From the NCBI RefSeq assembly GCF_964194155.1, contig NC_135906.1, positions 19,592,001 to 19,656,000 on the forward strand: a stretch of 64,000 nucleotides of DNA. The letters are read 5' to 3'. Position 1 is the stretch's first letter; each line of letters begins with the position of its first letter. Made by a program: the position numbers and the translations under genes. The notes beneath the pieces are model-generated. The model made no database searches and had not been told where the DNA came from. It saw only the letters and a list, made by a program, of their open reading frames with translations. This DNA comes from Cetorhinus maximus (Eukaryota). Positions 24,661 to 39,219 of the stretch are shown here, one piece after another.

Positions 24661-26505
24661 ATTGCGACTGCGGGGTTGTTGTGGGGGAGAGAGAGACAAA
24701 AACACCTTGGGAATTCTGCAACCTTCACCGTCCTCTTGGTAACGATTAAATAGCTCAAACTGTCATGTTTTTTCCTCCACGGCTGTAAAGTGGGTATTTT
24801 GGCCAACCATAAATTAGCGCAGAGTTTCCATTGAGTGCAGGAGACACTGAGCTAATTCAGACAACCTCAAGTCCAGAGTGTGTTTTTATTTTTATTTGTT
24901 TATTTTCCAAGTGTAATTATCAATCACCTAATAACAGGCTTTCATGAACTAGCAGGTGTGAAAAAATTCTGGCTCATTATAAAACCAGAAAGTTCTGCAG
25001 TTACACAGCAGGATCAAAGCTTAATGCAAAAGCAAGATACTGCAGATATTGGAAATCTGAAAATAATAACAGAGAATAGTGAAAAAAACTCAGCACCTGT
25101 GGAGAGAGAAACAGAATGAACGTTTCAGGATCACACACAAATGGGTATGCTGCCTCACCCAGGCTGTGTGCGCGGCATTTGGTGTTGAGCCAGCTTAATG
25201 TTTGTGGTAGATAGACGTCCTTGAACTGGACCTTTTTTTTCCTAATAAGGATCAACCAAGGTGGTACTGAGCTGCCCACATGGTCACCACACAAAAATGA
25301 TCATGGGTTGTCTGAGCAAAGTAAAAAAGATACTAAGCTAAACATCAACATCCACCCAAAACAAGAATACCTTTTCCGGACTGAAACAGTGTTATCATTG
25401 ATGTCTACAAGATGCTCTATACCATGAGGTGGTGCCCACTGGTTGCAGAAGGCATCAAACGTACCAGTGGGCACCACGTTTCCTTAAAACTGAAACCCTA
25501 ACCTTCTCTACCCATGCCTAATAAAGGTTCTCTTCCTGAAACTTCAGTCTGTCTTTCATGCAGACATCCATTGGCCTTGATAAGTATTCCCACTAGTAAC
25601 CAATGATCCCAAAGATACATTATTTTGGCAGGAATATTTACCCCCTCTAACAGTATCAATGCAGCTATTCATCACTGTACCATTCTGATGGATGTGTTAA
25701 CTTGGTCCAAATGCCTTTCATCATTCATAAGTTTTCTTTATTCATGGGGATGTGGGTATTACAAGCTTGACTGGGATATATTACCCCTCCCGGAGATGGT
25801 GGTGGGTGTTCTTCCATGCTGTAGTCCAGCTGGTGAATGTACTCGCAAAGTGCTCTATGGGAGGGGCATTCCAGGACCTTGACCCAGTGATGATGAAGTA
25901 ACGGCCAATACCTGTGTTGAGGTAGAAACGATGCATGATTTGGAGGGGATCTTGAAGATGATGCTATTCCCATAGGCACCTGCCGCCCTTTTTCTTCTAA
26001 GTGGTGGAGTTGATGCTGTGAAATGCTGCTGTTGATTGTACACAGCATCACAATTTTTTATGATTTGGTTTTGAGGTGTGGACAAAGGTCAGACAACATT
26101 CATGGCCCACAAGTTGTTCTGAAGGTATTGGGAATCAATCCTGTAGTGTGACCAATACCAGGTAGTGGTGGCAGCTTCCCAGATGGACTTTAGTGAACTG
26201 CTTGGGTTTCTGTCAGCTTTCACAGTGTTCCTTCAATAATGCACTCTTGTCAGGTTGTATTTAGGAATGGGAAGTGATAAATTCAGTCTTTTTTTTGCAC
26301 TTAAAAAAATTGAATTACTGAATAATTTTAATGAAGCACCATAAATATAGTGCCAGTAAACTAAATGATCACATTTGACTATATCTGGATGCTAGTCGAC
26401 ACTAACCATGGGAAAGGACCAATTGGCCAGCTGGGTGTGGACTTGTTACTTTGTTAACTTTTCTTTGGGGTGGAAAGTGTTGAAGTCTTTTGGCTCCATT
26501 GAAAC

Positions 26506-26586
26506 ATGTCGAATAGTAACAGTGTCCAGGTGATGCAGAAAGTGGTGGAGCAACTGAGGCTGGAGGCCAGTGTGGAGAGGCTTAAG
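26506..26586 (+). CDS. Heterotrimeric G-protein gamma subunit (GNG5/GNG10-like), coding exon 1
   Basis: MSNSNSVQVMQKVVEQLRLEASVERLK then GTGAGA donor; 81 nt. Confidence 0.93.
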
Positions 26587-26664
26587 GTGAGAGGCAGAGA
26601 ACTCCCTAGGGGGTAAACAAGAAAGGAGGGGAGAGGGTTTAAACAACAGATTTGTGAGCAAAGT

Positions 26665-27622
26665 TATAGCTCATGGAATAAAAGGGACATAGCAACATGG
26701 ATACAGAATTGGCTAAGTGACAGCAAACAAGAGAGTGGCGGTGAATGGTTGTTTTTCAGATAGTTGGTGTTCGAATCCCTGCTCTTCCTGATATATTTTA
26801 ATGGTATACAGGGCACAATTTCAAAATTTGCAGATGATACAAAACTTGGAAGTATGTGAACCACGAGGAGGATAATGTAAATTTCCAAAGGATAAGTTGG
26901 TGGAACGTGCAGACAATTGGCAGATGAAAGTTAATGCAGAGAAGTGTGAAACAATTCATTTTGGTAGGAAGAATGCAGACAATATAAAATAAAGGGTACA
27001 ATTCTAAAGGGTATATATGTGCATAAATCATTGAAGGTGGCAGGAGAGGTTGAGAGAGTGGTTAATAAAGCATACGGCATCCTGGGCTTTATCAATAGGG
27101 ACATAGAGTACAAAAGCAAGAAAGTTATGTTAAACCTGTATAAAACACTGGTTCAGCGTCAACTGGAGTATTGCAGCCAGTTCTGGGAGCCACTCTTTGA
27201 GAGATATAGTGCAGAAAAGATTCATGATAATGGTTGCTGGGGTGAGGAACTTCAGTTATGTAGATAGATTGGAGAAGTTGGGACTGTTCTTGGAGAAGAC
27301 AAAGTTGAGTGGAGATTTGGTAGAAGTATTCAAAATCATGAGGGGTCTGGACAGAGTAGATAGGAAGAAACTTTTTCCATTGTGGGAGGATTGAGAAGTA
27401 GAGGGCACAGATTTAAGGGAATTAGCAAAAGCAGACATGAGAAACCTTTTTATACGGCGAGTGGTTAGCATCTGGAATGCGTTGGCTGAGAGTGTGGTGG
27501 AGGCAGGGTCAATCGAGGCATTCAAGAGGAACATTGGATCATTATCTGAAAAGGAAAAATTTACAGAGCAACGGGGGAAAAGGCAAGAAAGTGACTTAGG
27601 TGAATTGCCCCTTTAGAGGGCC
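26665..27622 (+). mobile_element. CR1 LINE fragment in the G-gamma intron
   Basis: KFADDTKL, KAYGILGFINRDIEYK, GDLVEVFKIMRG. Confidence 0.88.
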
Positions 27623-29532
27623 AGCACGGACATGATTGGCTGAATGGCCTCCTTCTGTGCTTTAACCATCCTGTGATTCTGTGAATATCATTGCACTGTG
27701 GTTAGGGCTTACTGCTGATTGCACTATGAAACAAAGATGCTCAGTGTCTGCTCATGGTCATGTGTAAAACATAAAGTAAGTCAGGCTGTTCATCACTTGG
27801 GTCCAATCCAAGAACTAAGACAGTGAGTGAACTGTGCTGACTCCTCACCAGCAGCTTTTGACTTTTGACACTTACCCATCCAATTTCTTGTTAACTCCTG
27901 CTCCTCCTGACTATTTTTTAATTGGTAAGGAGCATGGATAAACCAGAATCCTGCCTATTATTTGTTTCTCCCTTCCCCTCCTGATGCCTACAGCCCATAT
28001 TGGGGTATAGACCCTGAGCCTTTGCCAGCCCCCCCTCCCCCATTCCTTATGTATGGGGCCAGACAGCAACTGTCCTCAGGCTAGTTAACTAAGGAGGGCA
28101 TTACATTTCAGCATATCTTCTCCAGTTTCTCGAGTCAATTGGAGATCAAGGCTGATCTGTTTCTTAACTCCATCTACTGCCTCGATTCTGTAACTCTTCT
28201 CCTTGCCCAAAAAAATCTATCAATCCCAGGAATGGAATTTTTAATTGATCCCCACCCTCAATTTTTTTGGGGAGAGAGAGTTCCTGTTTCCATCCCCCTT
28301 TGTGTGAATAAGTGTTCCTAGCATCACTGCTGAACAGCCGAACTCTAATTGTAATAAAATGCCTATCAGCGTGGGGATCAAAGATCGGGATCTCGGGCCA
28401 ATCTTTCCCTCTCCCTTTCCCCAGGGACACCAAGGCCAATCCTACGTCGCAACTTTTGCCTCAGCCGAGAGGTCCCGGTGACGCCAGAGGGAGTTTGAAA
28501 ACCAGAGCTTGGGAGGATAGCTCAGTCTAGACTGAGGCTGGAAGGAAGAGCCAGGTCACTTTCAAATAAACACACTCTCTAACATCTGCTAAGTTATGCT
28601 TATGACAGCAACATGCCTCGAATATTTTTCAAAACCAGGAAATCCAGCTAGCTGTTTTGTGGTATAATTATTCACCAAAAAATGTTTTCATTCAGGCAAA
28701 TCACTTGGAATATTCAGAGATAGAGGAGTTAGACTAACCAGGCTAGATCTTGTAGAGAAGCTGGTGGATGTAATATTGGCTGTCAATGTCTGTTGTAATT
28801 ATATATAGAGTCATAGATTAGTACACCACGGAAAGAGGCCATTTGGTCCATCGAGCCTGTGGTGGTTCTTTCAAATCCAGTTAGTCCCACTCCCTTGTTC
28901 TTTCCCCATATCACTGCAAATTTTTCTCCTTCAAATATTTATCCAATTTCCTTTTGAAGGTCACTACTGAATCTTTATCCATCACCCTATCAAGCAGTGC
29001 ATTCCGAATCCTAACCATTCGCTGCATAAAAAAGCGTCATCTGCAGTTGTTTTGCCAATCATCTTAAATCTGTGCCCTCTGGTTATTGACCCTTTCAGCC
29101 ATTGGAAACAGTTTCCCTTCATTAATACGGACAGAGTCATATTATTCAGAGTCATACGGACTCGAAACGTTAAGTGTATTCCTCTCCGCAGTTGCTGTCA
29201 GACCTGCTGAGTTTTTCCAGCTATTTTTGTTATTGTTTCAGGTTTCCAGCATCCGCGGTATTTTGCTTTTATTTCCCTTAGTTTATTCTCTCTAAACCCA
29301 TCATGATTTTCAACGTACTTGTTTATTTGTTCAATAATCTCTGCCCCACTTCACCTCATCTGCATCAGTCACAGCCTTCTAGTTATAATTATGATCCAAA
29401 CCCCAACAGGAGCAATAAATAAATCACTCAAAACAGCACAAATATATTGTATATGTCCCAGTACCTCACTTCCCACAGCCACGTACTGTAGCTCACACCC
29501 CTGAGGCCACCATGTTAGTACTTTATCTCTGA

Positions 29533-29685
<153 letters not shown>

Positions 29686-30483
29686 GCTCGTCATCAGGCA
29701 TCATACAGCCGTCCAGTAAATGGTAACATAAGTTTCATACTTTTAGTCTGCACGTTTTATATATTTTTAAAATATTTACTGGTATGGACTGGTTGGGCCA
29801 AGTGGCCTGATATCCTATGTATTATTCCCCGAATATAGAGCGTGGCCATCTATAAGCTTCTTATTCTGACTGTAAACTTTGTAATTCTACACTTCACCAC
29901 CAAGTGTGCTTGATTTTAATTATTCGTTCATGGGATGTGGGCGTCACTGGCTGGGCCAGCATTTATTGCCCATCCCTAATTGCCCTTGAGCAGGTGGTGG
30001 TGAGCTGCCTTTTGAACCACTGCAACCCATGTGGCATAGTTACACCCACAGTGCTGTTAGGGAGGGAGATCCAGGTTCCAGGATTTTGACCCAGCGACAC
30101 TGAAGGAATATAGTTCCAAATCAGGATGGTTTGTGACTTGGAGGGGAACTTGTGTTCCTATATGCTTGCTGCTCTTGTCCTCCTAGGTGGTAGAGGTCAC
30201 AAATTTGGAAGTTGCTGTCAGTGGATCCTTAGTGAGCTGCTGTAGTGATCAAAGTCTAATTAAGGGGAAAAGGAAAGTATATGGAGTTAGGTCACATCAA
30301 CCATGATCTCATTGAATGGTGATACAGGCTCAACGGGACAAATGGTCTCCTCCCGATCCCAGGCTTGACTGAGTGTCCTGGGACACTCAGCAGAGGAAAG
30401 TGGTATTTTAAAAAAGTGTGCAATAAAATTATGCTGTTCAATTTCACACTCCCTCAACCAACATCGTTAGAACAGTAAAAGAG

Positions 30484-30699
30484 AAGCAAAACACTGCAAT
30501 TGCTAGAAATCTGAAATGAAAACAGAAAATGCTGGAAATACTCAGCAGCATCTGTGGGGAGAGAAACAGAGTTAACGTTTCAGGTCGATCACTTCCTCAG
30601 ACACTTGCCGATGAAAGGTCAAAGACCTGAAATGTTAACTCTGTTTCTCTCTTTGCCAATGCTGCTTGGTCTGTTGAGTATTTCCAGCATTTTCTGTTT
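30484..30699. mobile_element. Palindromic Penelope-derived element with hammerhead-like core
   Basis: Inverted arms; CCGATGA-A-AGGTC-AAA-GACCT-GAAA at 30608-30632. Confidence 0.7.
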
Positions 30700-31515
30700 G
30701 CATATTTCTAGAGTATATTATCTGGTCTTTATCACATTGCTGTGTATGGGAGCTTGCTGTGCACAAATTGACTGTCATGTTTCCTACATTACAACAGTGA
30801 CTGCACTTCACAAGTACATCATGGGCTGTAAAGCACTTTGAGTCGTGCTAAGATTGTGGAAAGTGCTATATAAATGCAAGTTCTTTCTTGCCGAGGTGAC
30901 AAATATCAAGAGCTTGGGAGTGGCACACTTTTGCTGGTTCTCCTACCCCCAGCGCTCCCTGGGTCAGCACTGACTCCTGTGGACTTTGTCTCCCTCTGTT
31001 CTGCCCTATTGGCCGAATGCATTGGACTCCCAACATATTGTCACAGAACAATAGGAGGCGCCCGTGAAGAGCCAGGTTCAATGTTAAATTATGGGGTAAT
31101 ATTTTTGGGAGGGGGATTGGGGGAGGGGCATAGCAAAGCCAGGAGGAAGTCCCTCGAGGTGTTGGGCACCATTTTGACAGAGTACACAGCGGACAGCTTT
31201 CTGTGATAAAAGCAAAATACTGTGGGTGCTGGAAACCTGAAATAAAAACAGAAAATGCTGGAAAATGCTCTGCAGAAGTCATATTGGACTCAAAACGTTA
31301 ACTCTGGTTCTCTCTCCACAGATGCTGCCAGACCTGCTGAGTCTTCCAGCATTTTCTGTTTTTAGTTTAGACCGTTTTCTGCGCTGAGTGAGGTGTTTAC
31401 ACACTCTGTTGCCTTTTCCTTTCTGTTCACTGAAACAGCTGGCGATGACTTCAAGTAGAAAATTGGTGAAGCAAAATAAAATTCTAAAGTTGTCTTTTGT
31501 TTGGTTTCCTTTCAG

Positions 31516-31590
31516 GTCATTGATTAAATTAATTGGGGTATTGTGTAATCCCTGCATGGTCCTAATAAATGAAGTGCTGAACAACACACA
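31516..31590 (+). other. Probable non-coding terminal exon of the G-gamma gene
   Basis: Polypyrimidine tract + CAG ending 31515, AATAAA 31564-31569; candidate donor G|GTAACA at 29722/29723. Confidence 0.4.
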
Positions 31591-32130
31591 AGACTGAAAG
31601 ACAATGACAAACATTCCAATACTGACGCCTGCAATAATGGAACAGAAAACACTTTGTAACATGAACTGCTCTGGAAAGAATATTTGGAGAGGGGTGTTTG
31701 GGGCAATGAATTATTTACATAAACTGGTTGAAGAATGATTTGATGCACTGTTTTTTAGTTTTTAATACTATACTTTGAATGCAGAAGAGACATTGAAAAT
31801 TACAAAAGCGAAACTGGGCACTTGGTTTTGAGACAGTCGACAGATTTACCACGCCGTACTAAACTGTTGCAGCAGTGAGCTCTCTCTCTAGAGGCTGCTA
31901 GTGAGCCATACCAATTCTCTAGCAACATCTAGTGTTAGAAGACATTGCAACATTTACAAGGGTGTGCGACCCCAAAAGTTTCTACTGTTCATCGAATCCT
32001 GAGTACAAGGAAATCAATCCTTTCACTAAACAACAAAGGATCAAAGAACCTGTTCCAGACGCTCCCTGAAAACCTAAGTGAGCCTTCCAATTTCAGAACT
32101 GTGGAGAAAAATAACAGAAGCCTAAAGGGA

Positions 32131-32357
32131 AAGCAAAATACCGCGGATGCTGGAAATCTGAAATAAAAACAGAAAGTGCTGGAAAAACTCAGCAGGTCTG
32201 GCAGCCTCTGTGGAGAGAGAAACAGAGTTAACGTTTTGAGTCCAATATGACTCTTCTTAAAAAGTCGTCATATTTGACTTGAAACGTTAACCCTGTTTAT
32301 TTCTCCACAGATGCTGCCAGACCTGCTGAGTTTTTCCAGCATTTCCTGTTTTTATTT
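32131..32357. mobile_element. Palindromic Penelope-derived short element
   Basis: Inverted arms; AGAAGCCTAA repeated on both flanks (32116, 32359). Further copies near 9672, 11750, 25029, 29140, 31207, 63045. Confidence 0.75.
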
Positions 32358-34188
32358 TAGAAGCCTAATAAAAAACCTATACCCCATGGACTGCAGTGGT
32401 TCAAGAATTCAGTTCACCACCACCTCAAGGGCAATTAGGGATGGGCAATAAATGCTGGGCTAGCCAGCGATGCCCACATCCTATAAAATGAATTTTTTTT
32501 TAAAAAAGGGCTGGTACTGATGAGTGGCTCTTTCAGTTGTTGGTTCATTAAGTTTAGGAAAGGTGTGAAATTCATTGGGTTATTTTCCTGTGGAATTTCA
32601 GGAACCCCTTGCAAAAATTGAACCTCTGGATAATGTATGCCCCTGCCCATTGCTGATAGTATCTTAATGCTTGATTGTGCTGATACCAAAGGTAATTTTC
32701 ATAGAATTATACAGAAGGTGGCCATTTGGCCATTATTGTCTGTGTCAGCTTTTTGAAAGAGCTATCTAATTAATCCCGTTCCCCTGATTGTTCCAATAGC
32801 CTTGAACATTTTTCTTTTTTAAGTATTTATCCAATTCCCTTTTGAAAGTTACGATTGAATCTGCTTCCACCGCCCTTTCAGGCAGCAGATTCTAGATAAC
32901 AATGCACAGCATTAAAAAGGAACTCTTCTCATCTTGCCTCCAGCTCTTTTGCCAAATACCTTAAATCTATGTCCTCTGGTTAGTGACCTGCCTAACAGTG
33001 GAGTCCGTTTTTGCTGTGTTCAAGATTTGGCCCACATTTGTCACTTAACAAATAAACAGCATGTGACAAGTGATGGTGAGCATACAAGAACACATTCGCC
33101 ATATACAATGTGCATTTTAAACTCTTCACAGTCCTGCAAAAAGATTTAAACCTCCTGCTGTCACCAGTACAAACTCCTCTCTTTGCAGTCTCCTGTTTAT
33201 CTTGTGTTGGGTAATTAGAAACATTACGTTGAATTTACAATGAAAACAGGCCATTTGGCTCAACTGGTCTATGCTGGCGTTTAAGTCCACATGAGCCTCC
33301 TCTCACCCCTTTTCATCTCACCTATTGGCATATCCTCTGTTCCATGGTCCCTTGTCTATTATTTAGCTTCCCCTTAAATGAACCTATGCTATTCATCTCA
33401 ACTACTTTGTGCAGTCCTTAGGGATATTGGCAGCCCTCAAGAGCTTGCCTAGGTCACCATTCTCCCTGTGTGAACCCTGGCAGTGAACACCAACAGAGTA
33501 TTGAATGGTGGCTGCACGGTTTCACTGCTGATCCCATCTCTGTTGGTGAGGTACCAAAGGCTGGGCTGCACTGCACACCATTTATTAACACCATAATCCT
33601 GTTTAAAGAAATATGGTTCTTGAGATTATTCATTTCCTTCTTTTAATGGCTGTAGCTTTTTAAATAAAGTTTTGTGACACATGTAGATGTTTTTAAAGAT
33701 AATGGAGATGGGTTTCTTTACCAACTTGAATAGATGGAATTTGAATCTGCACAAGTGATGACTTTGAGATTTGTTATCAATGGCAATGAGTCCTAATCGA
33801 GGAGCATTGGCTGCTCGCTCTGAGATGTAAATCACAAAGACCCCGCAAAAATCACCACCCTCGTAACAAGAGAGCATTTGAGAGCTGTTATAAGCTATCC
33901 TGTTACATAGCAACAGCACTGTCACTGTAAACTGTACTCAGAGTTTTGATGGCACAGTAACTGGGTTCCCTGGGACCACACTGTCAACAAGAACTCTCTC
34001 CAACTTCACATTGATAAACCTATAGAATCGAGGAATAAGGAATGTAATATCCATTTGGGAGCAAAACCTGTTCCTGAATTTTGGGCAGTATAGAGGAACA
34101 CCACCTTTTTGCCCATTACCACGTCAGCTAATTTCCTTTATAGAGTAAAATTCCCTAATACAGTGCAAAGCAATCTTACATATATCCC

Positions 34189-34662
34189 GATTGGACAACA
34201 TTTGCTAACTAATCCTCACTATGCCAAGAATTACGCTGACAACCAATTTAAGATTGTCAGTTGGTCGCGCAGTGTGGTGCATGTGTGTGTATTGGAAGCT
34301 ACATGTATTAATACACAGGGCCCTGTTCTTTGCAGACAGGAAGAACATGTACACACATTGTACCTGTTTCAGCTAAACAAAATAAGTGACAGCCATTTGC
34401 TGACTCATTCCTCCTTGACCAATCAGGGTCAAGCTGCCTGGTTTAAATTTCAAATAATGTTTGACGGGTAATTGTCAGTCACTATCACTGCTGCATTCTC
34501 CATGGCAACCCCTCTACCAATCAGAGTCCACTTACCAACCAATCAGCACTCTCTTCACATACAGTATAAATTGTTGTTTTCCCCTTATATTGGTATTCTT
34601 ACCAAGAGTCCTGACGGAGTGCAAGATGAAAAGCTCAAACATGTCTCTTTTTTTCAGCAATA
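34189..34662 (+). mobile_element. Penelope-like retroelement 3' fragment (GIY-YIG endonuclease C-terminus + pLTR)
   Basis: IGQHLLTNP...FKIVS...VLEATCINTQGPVLCRQ...LYLF, followed by decayed hammerhead-like CTGACGGAGTGCAAGATGAAA. Confidence 0.7.
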
Positions 34663-37529
34663 TCTACAGGAGTATAAAAAGGACCCACTGACGTAATCCA
34701 ATCCAGACTGATATGAAAATATCATCACTGGAATAACACCGTTCTGTATAGGGTTGCAAATTCAAGAGCCCCTGGAGATGTTTTACATTTATATAAATAT
34801 AACTTGTTGTTGACTGCCCTACCTGATTAAAACAATTCCATCTCCAATATTCTCCCCCCCACCATCTCCAATATTCTTATCACTAATAAACAAGAATGTT
34901 CAATTGAAAAAAAAACCCTTGTAAATGTCCCTTTGACTTTTCTCTTGGGTTGCTCCCACGATTACCCTGGAGATTAACATTTTAATTTCTGGAGACTCCA
35001 GGCCAATCCTGGAGGATTAATAACCGTAATATCACGCCATCTTTCACTTTGGGATTGCCTTCATGTTTATCCTCTGACCTTATCTTGCTGGAGCTGGGAT
35101 GTGAAGCATTCCACTTTGTGTTAAGTTTTTTTGTTTCCCCTATTGAACACCATGCATTGTAATTTCCTGTATAGCGATTTTTCCAAGTGCATTTTGTCAA
35201 AATAGATTGAAAATATTGTTGAGACTGAAAATCTCATTTCCAGCGTACAAATTCTTGTAACATACCAATATTGTATTGAATACACAGAATACAGCTGGCC
35301 TGTGTGAATTAGATATTCCATAACCCTGACTTGGCCATGGGAAGTCAATTCCTGTACATAACAGGCATGAAACCGGCCATTGGTTTCATTTGTGTCTTAA
35401 AGTGATCCCTGGCCCAGTCAATTTTTATATTACGTAATAATAATCAGTATTTCTTTTCTATGTTTCTAATGTTCATTTCCTAACTCCTAGTTATCTTCTC
35501 TGCATAATTTGCAACCCATAAGATGACCAGTGGCTACTTTGAAACCAGACAGTAGGAAGTACACCAGTGTTGTGGGTAGTGGTCAGGGGCTCCTTATCCA
35601 TGCGTTCCATTCTAAACAGCAGCACAGCCGAGACCAGGTGATCTATATCCCATCCTTCCAACATGCTACTCCGTAAGACAGGAACAAGAATTGCTGTTCA
35701 GCCCTTTTAGCCATTCAGTTAAATCGTGGATGTTCTGTTACCTTTGCCTAATAAAAATCGCTGATATTTGATATTTTTAGTTCACTTCCAGCCTCAACAG
35801 CTATTTGGGGAAAGAGAGTTCCAGATTTCCGTCACCTGCCTCCCCAAGGTATCTATTTAGGAGCAGCTGCCAGGATGGTCTCCAAATTAAGAGACTGTTA
35901 GTGCTGGGGAGCATCAGGCCCGATTGTGTCATAGTTCTCAGAAATGGTAGACATGCAAAATTACAGGACAGTAATCTTGCACATCTGACATAGAACATAG
36001 ATTACAGGGGGAAAACTTCAGAAAACTTATTTGGATAAAGCACTTTGCATTTATTGTGTATAACTTCCTAAACATCAGCTTCAGAGCTGATGAATACACC
36101 AGAACGTTGATGTAATGTTGGAAGTGGCACTCAGCATTTACAGCATTAAGATTTCCTCCATTACCAAAAGTGAAATTTACTTCAATTTGTTAGCACCATG
36201 ATCATGTCACTGAAGCATTACAAGCGCTTTTACACAATTACTGTTTTTTTTTAAGTTAGTGACTTATGTGGGCAAATATTTCTTTAAACTACTCAGTGTT
36301 ATATTTCCACAATACAAATCCCTCTGAACAGAATTAATTTGTTAGGTAAATCAAGGAAGTAATTTGTACTTTTGCTAGTCCAGCAATCCCCAGCAGGGTC
36401 AGGAACTTTATTTTAATTAGAATTGCATTCAATCTATAAACTGAACAGAGACATTTGTTTATCAATTTATGTAAAACTATCCTCCACAATATTAACATTG
36501 TTTTGGTGAGCAGCATTTAATTGGTGCCTATCTCTTGGTGAAGTGGGACTTGGTCACTGGTAGGGGTTGGCTAAAAACAATGAATGCCTTAATGTTTTGG
36601 TGAGTGATAGCTTGATTCTTTTGATGTTGTTCTTAAACTTTGCTTCCTCGTACCAACTGTGTCTGACAGTGACAGGGAAGCGAGCAAGGCCAGTTCCATA
36701 ACCCATTCTCAAAGCCCCATCAATGCCAGGAAATATGCCAGAGTGGCTTGGGGATGATTTTGTCACAAGGTCTCCCTCTGCCCAGCTCCTCCTGTGGGAC
36801 ATCCCTTGTTGACCTCTCCACCATGGAGGTGACGATAGGAAAACAGCATTTGGGAACAGCGTAGTATACCACTGTACCTCATTGCAATGTCCTGCGTTGA
36901 GATCACTGTCTATTAAATCAGTTTTACCTGCATCTTAAGTAGGGCGGGAAAGTGAAGTATCAGTTTATTTCTTGTACCACGAACTATACCTTAATTATTA
37001 AAGATTAACCAAAAAACATTGTGCCTTGTTAATGTGAAAGTTTTTAATCTAGTTCCATTTTTCCTGTATATCTTTCTAAACACCTCTTTTGTTTAGTTCA
37101 TATTGAGAGTGGGAATGTTACCTTATTCCTGGACTTTCTGTGCTGCTTTTTAACTCAGCATGAACAGATACAAAAAAGTGCCGATTGCACTGCCTTGACA
37201 TCCTGTCAAAAGGGTATGAGGAAATGGTTATCTAGTGATAAATTAAAACAATTCAACCCTCCATGGCAGAATTAGGGATCCAATATCAGTCAACTATTCA
37301 TGACCTACCTGCTGATCTTCCTGCCTCTCTCAGTACTCCTCCACGTGCGCTTCCCCCTCTGTAATGAGATAGCCATCCCACCAGCGCTGCACATATGTCG
37401 GCCGCACTCTGCTCCCACCTCCCGGCTTGCACCAAGCACGCTTCCAGCTGCCACTGTATTTTGCAAAGCACCCAGAAAGTCTCTACAGACCTCTTGGGGT
37501 CTGCAGTTTCCGGTTTGGGAATTTTTCTG

Positions 37530-38711
37530 TTTTATTCATAGGATGTGGGCTTCGCTGGCTGGGCCAGCGTTTATTGCCCATCCCAAATTGCCCTTGAGAA
37601 GGTGGTGGTGAGCTGCCTTCTCAAACAACTGCAGTCCATGCAGTGTAGGTACACCCACAGTGCTGTTAGGGAGTTCCAGGATTTTGACCCAGCGACAGTG
37701 AAGGAACAGCGATATATTTCCAAGTCAGGATGGTGAGTGACTTGGAGGGGAACTTCTAGGTGGTGGTGTTCCCATCTATTTGCTGCCCTTGTCCTTCTAG
37801 TGGTAGTGGTCATGGGTTTGGAAGGTGCTATCAAAGGAGCCTTGGCGGATTCCTGCAGTGCTTGTAGATGGTACACACACTGCTGCTACTGTGGCAGGAA
37901 TGAATGTTTGTGGAAGGGGTGCCAATCAAGTGGGCTGCTTTGTCCTGGATGGTGTCAAGCTTCTTGAGTGTTGTGGGAGCTGCACTCATCCAGGCAAGTG
38001 GGGGAGTATTCCATCACACTCCTGATTTGTGCATTGTAGATGGTGGACAGGCTTTGGGGAGTCAGGAGGTGGGTTACTCTTTGCACTATTCCTAGCCTCT
38101 GACCTGCTCTTGGTGCCACAGTATTTATGTGGCTTGTCCAGTTCAGTTTCTGGTCAATGGTAACCCCCAGGATGTTGATAGTGGGGGATTCAGCAATGGT
38201 AATGCCATTGAACATCAAGGGGCGATGGTTAGATTCTCTCTTGTTGGAGATGGTCATTGCCTGACACTTGTATGGCATGAATGTTACTTGCCACTTGTCA
38301 GCCCAAGCCTGGATATTGTCTAGGGCTTTCTGCATTTGGACATAGACTGCTTCAGTATCTGAGGAGTCGCGAATGGTGCTGAACGTTGTGCAATCATCAG
38401 CGAACATCCCCACTTCTGACCTTCTGATGGAAGGAAGGTCATTGATGAAGCAGCTGAAGATGGTTGGGCCGAGGATACTACCCTGAGGAACTCCTGCAGT
38501 GATATCGTGCAGCCGAGATGATTGACCCCCAACAAACCACAACCATCTTCCTTTGTACTAGGTACGACTCCAATCAGCAGAGAGTTTTCCCCCTGATTCC
38601 CATTGACTCCAATTTTGCTGAGGCTCCTTGATGCCACACTCGGTCAAATGCTGCCTTGATGTCAAGGGCAGTCACTCTCACCTCAGGAGTTCAGCTTTTT
38701 TGTCCATGTTT
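37530..38711 (-). mobile_element. CR1/L2-clade LINE fragment (RT)
   Basis: AGVPQGSILGPTIFSCFINDLP, MFADDCT. Confidence 0.92.
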
Positions 38712-39213
38712 AAACCACTGCTGTTCCAGAAAAGAACAGACTGAGTGGTGACCCAGTTGAGGCCTTTAAAATTAAGAAGGGATTTATTAGGTTAGACGTA
38801 GAAGATATTTCCATTTGGAAGTGAGACCAGAACTGTAGACCATAAAATGTAAGATAGTGACAAATAATCCAATAAAGATTCAGGAGAAACTTCGTTGCAC
38901 AGAGAGCGGTGGGAACGTGGAACTCTGCCACAGAAATAGTTGAGGGCGAATAAGGGGAAGCTGGATAAGCATGAGGTAGAAAGGAATAGAAGGATATATT
39001 GATAGGGTGAGATGACGATAAATGGGAGGAGGCTTGTCTGAAGCATAAAAACCAGCATGGACCAGTTGGGCTGAGTGGCCAATGTAATATCAACCATTAG
39101 CACATGGTGCTTTCAGTTAAACTACCACTTAGACCAATCTGGATGAGCCAGTGTGGATGTTCACTGTTAAAACTCCAAAAAGACCACTACTCACACTAAG
39201 CTTCGTTCTATAT

Positions 39214-39219
39214 TTTATT
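39214..39219 (-). terminator. Probable DCAF15 polyadenylation signal
   Basis: AATAAA on minus strand about 740 nt after the stop, just before repeat-dense DNA begins. Confidence 0.5.

Noticed and set aside
34749-35028. hAT MITE with TAGGGTTGC end
   Set aside because: Right TIR very degenerate and no TSD visible; probably a repeat but not callable
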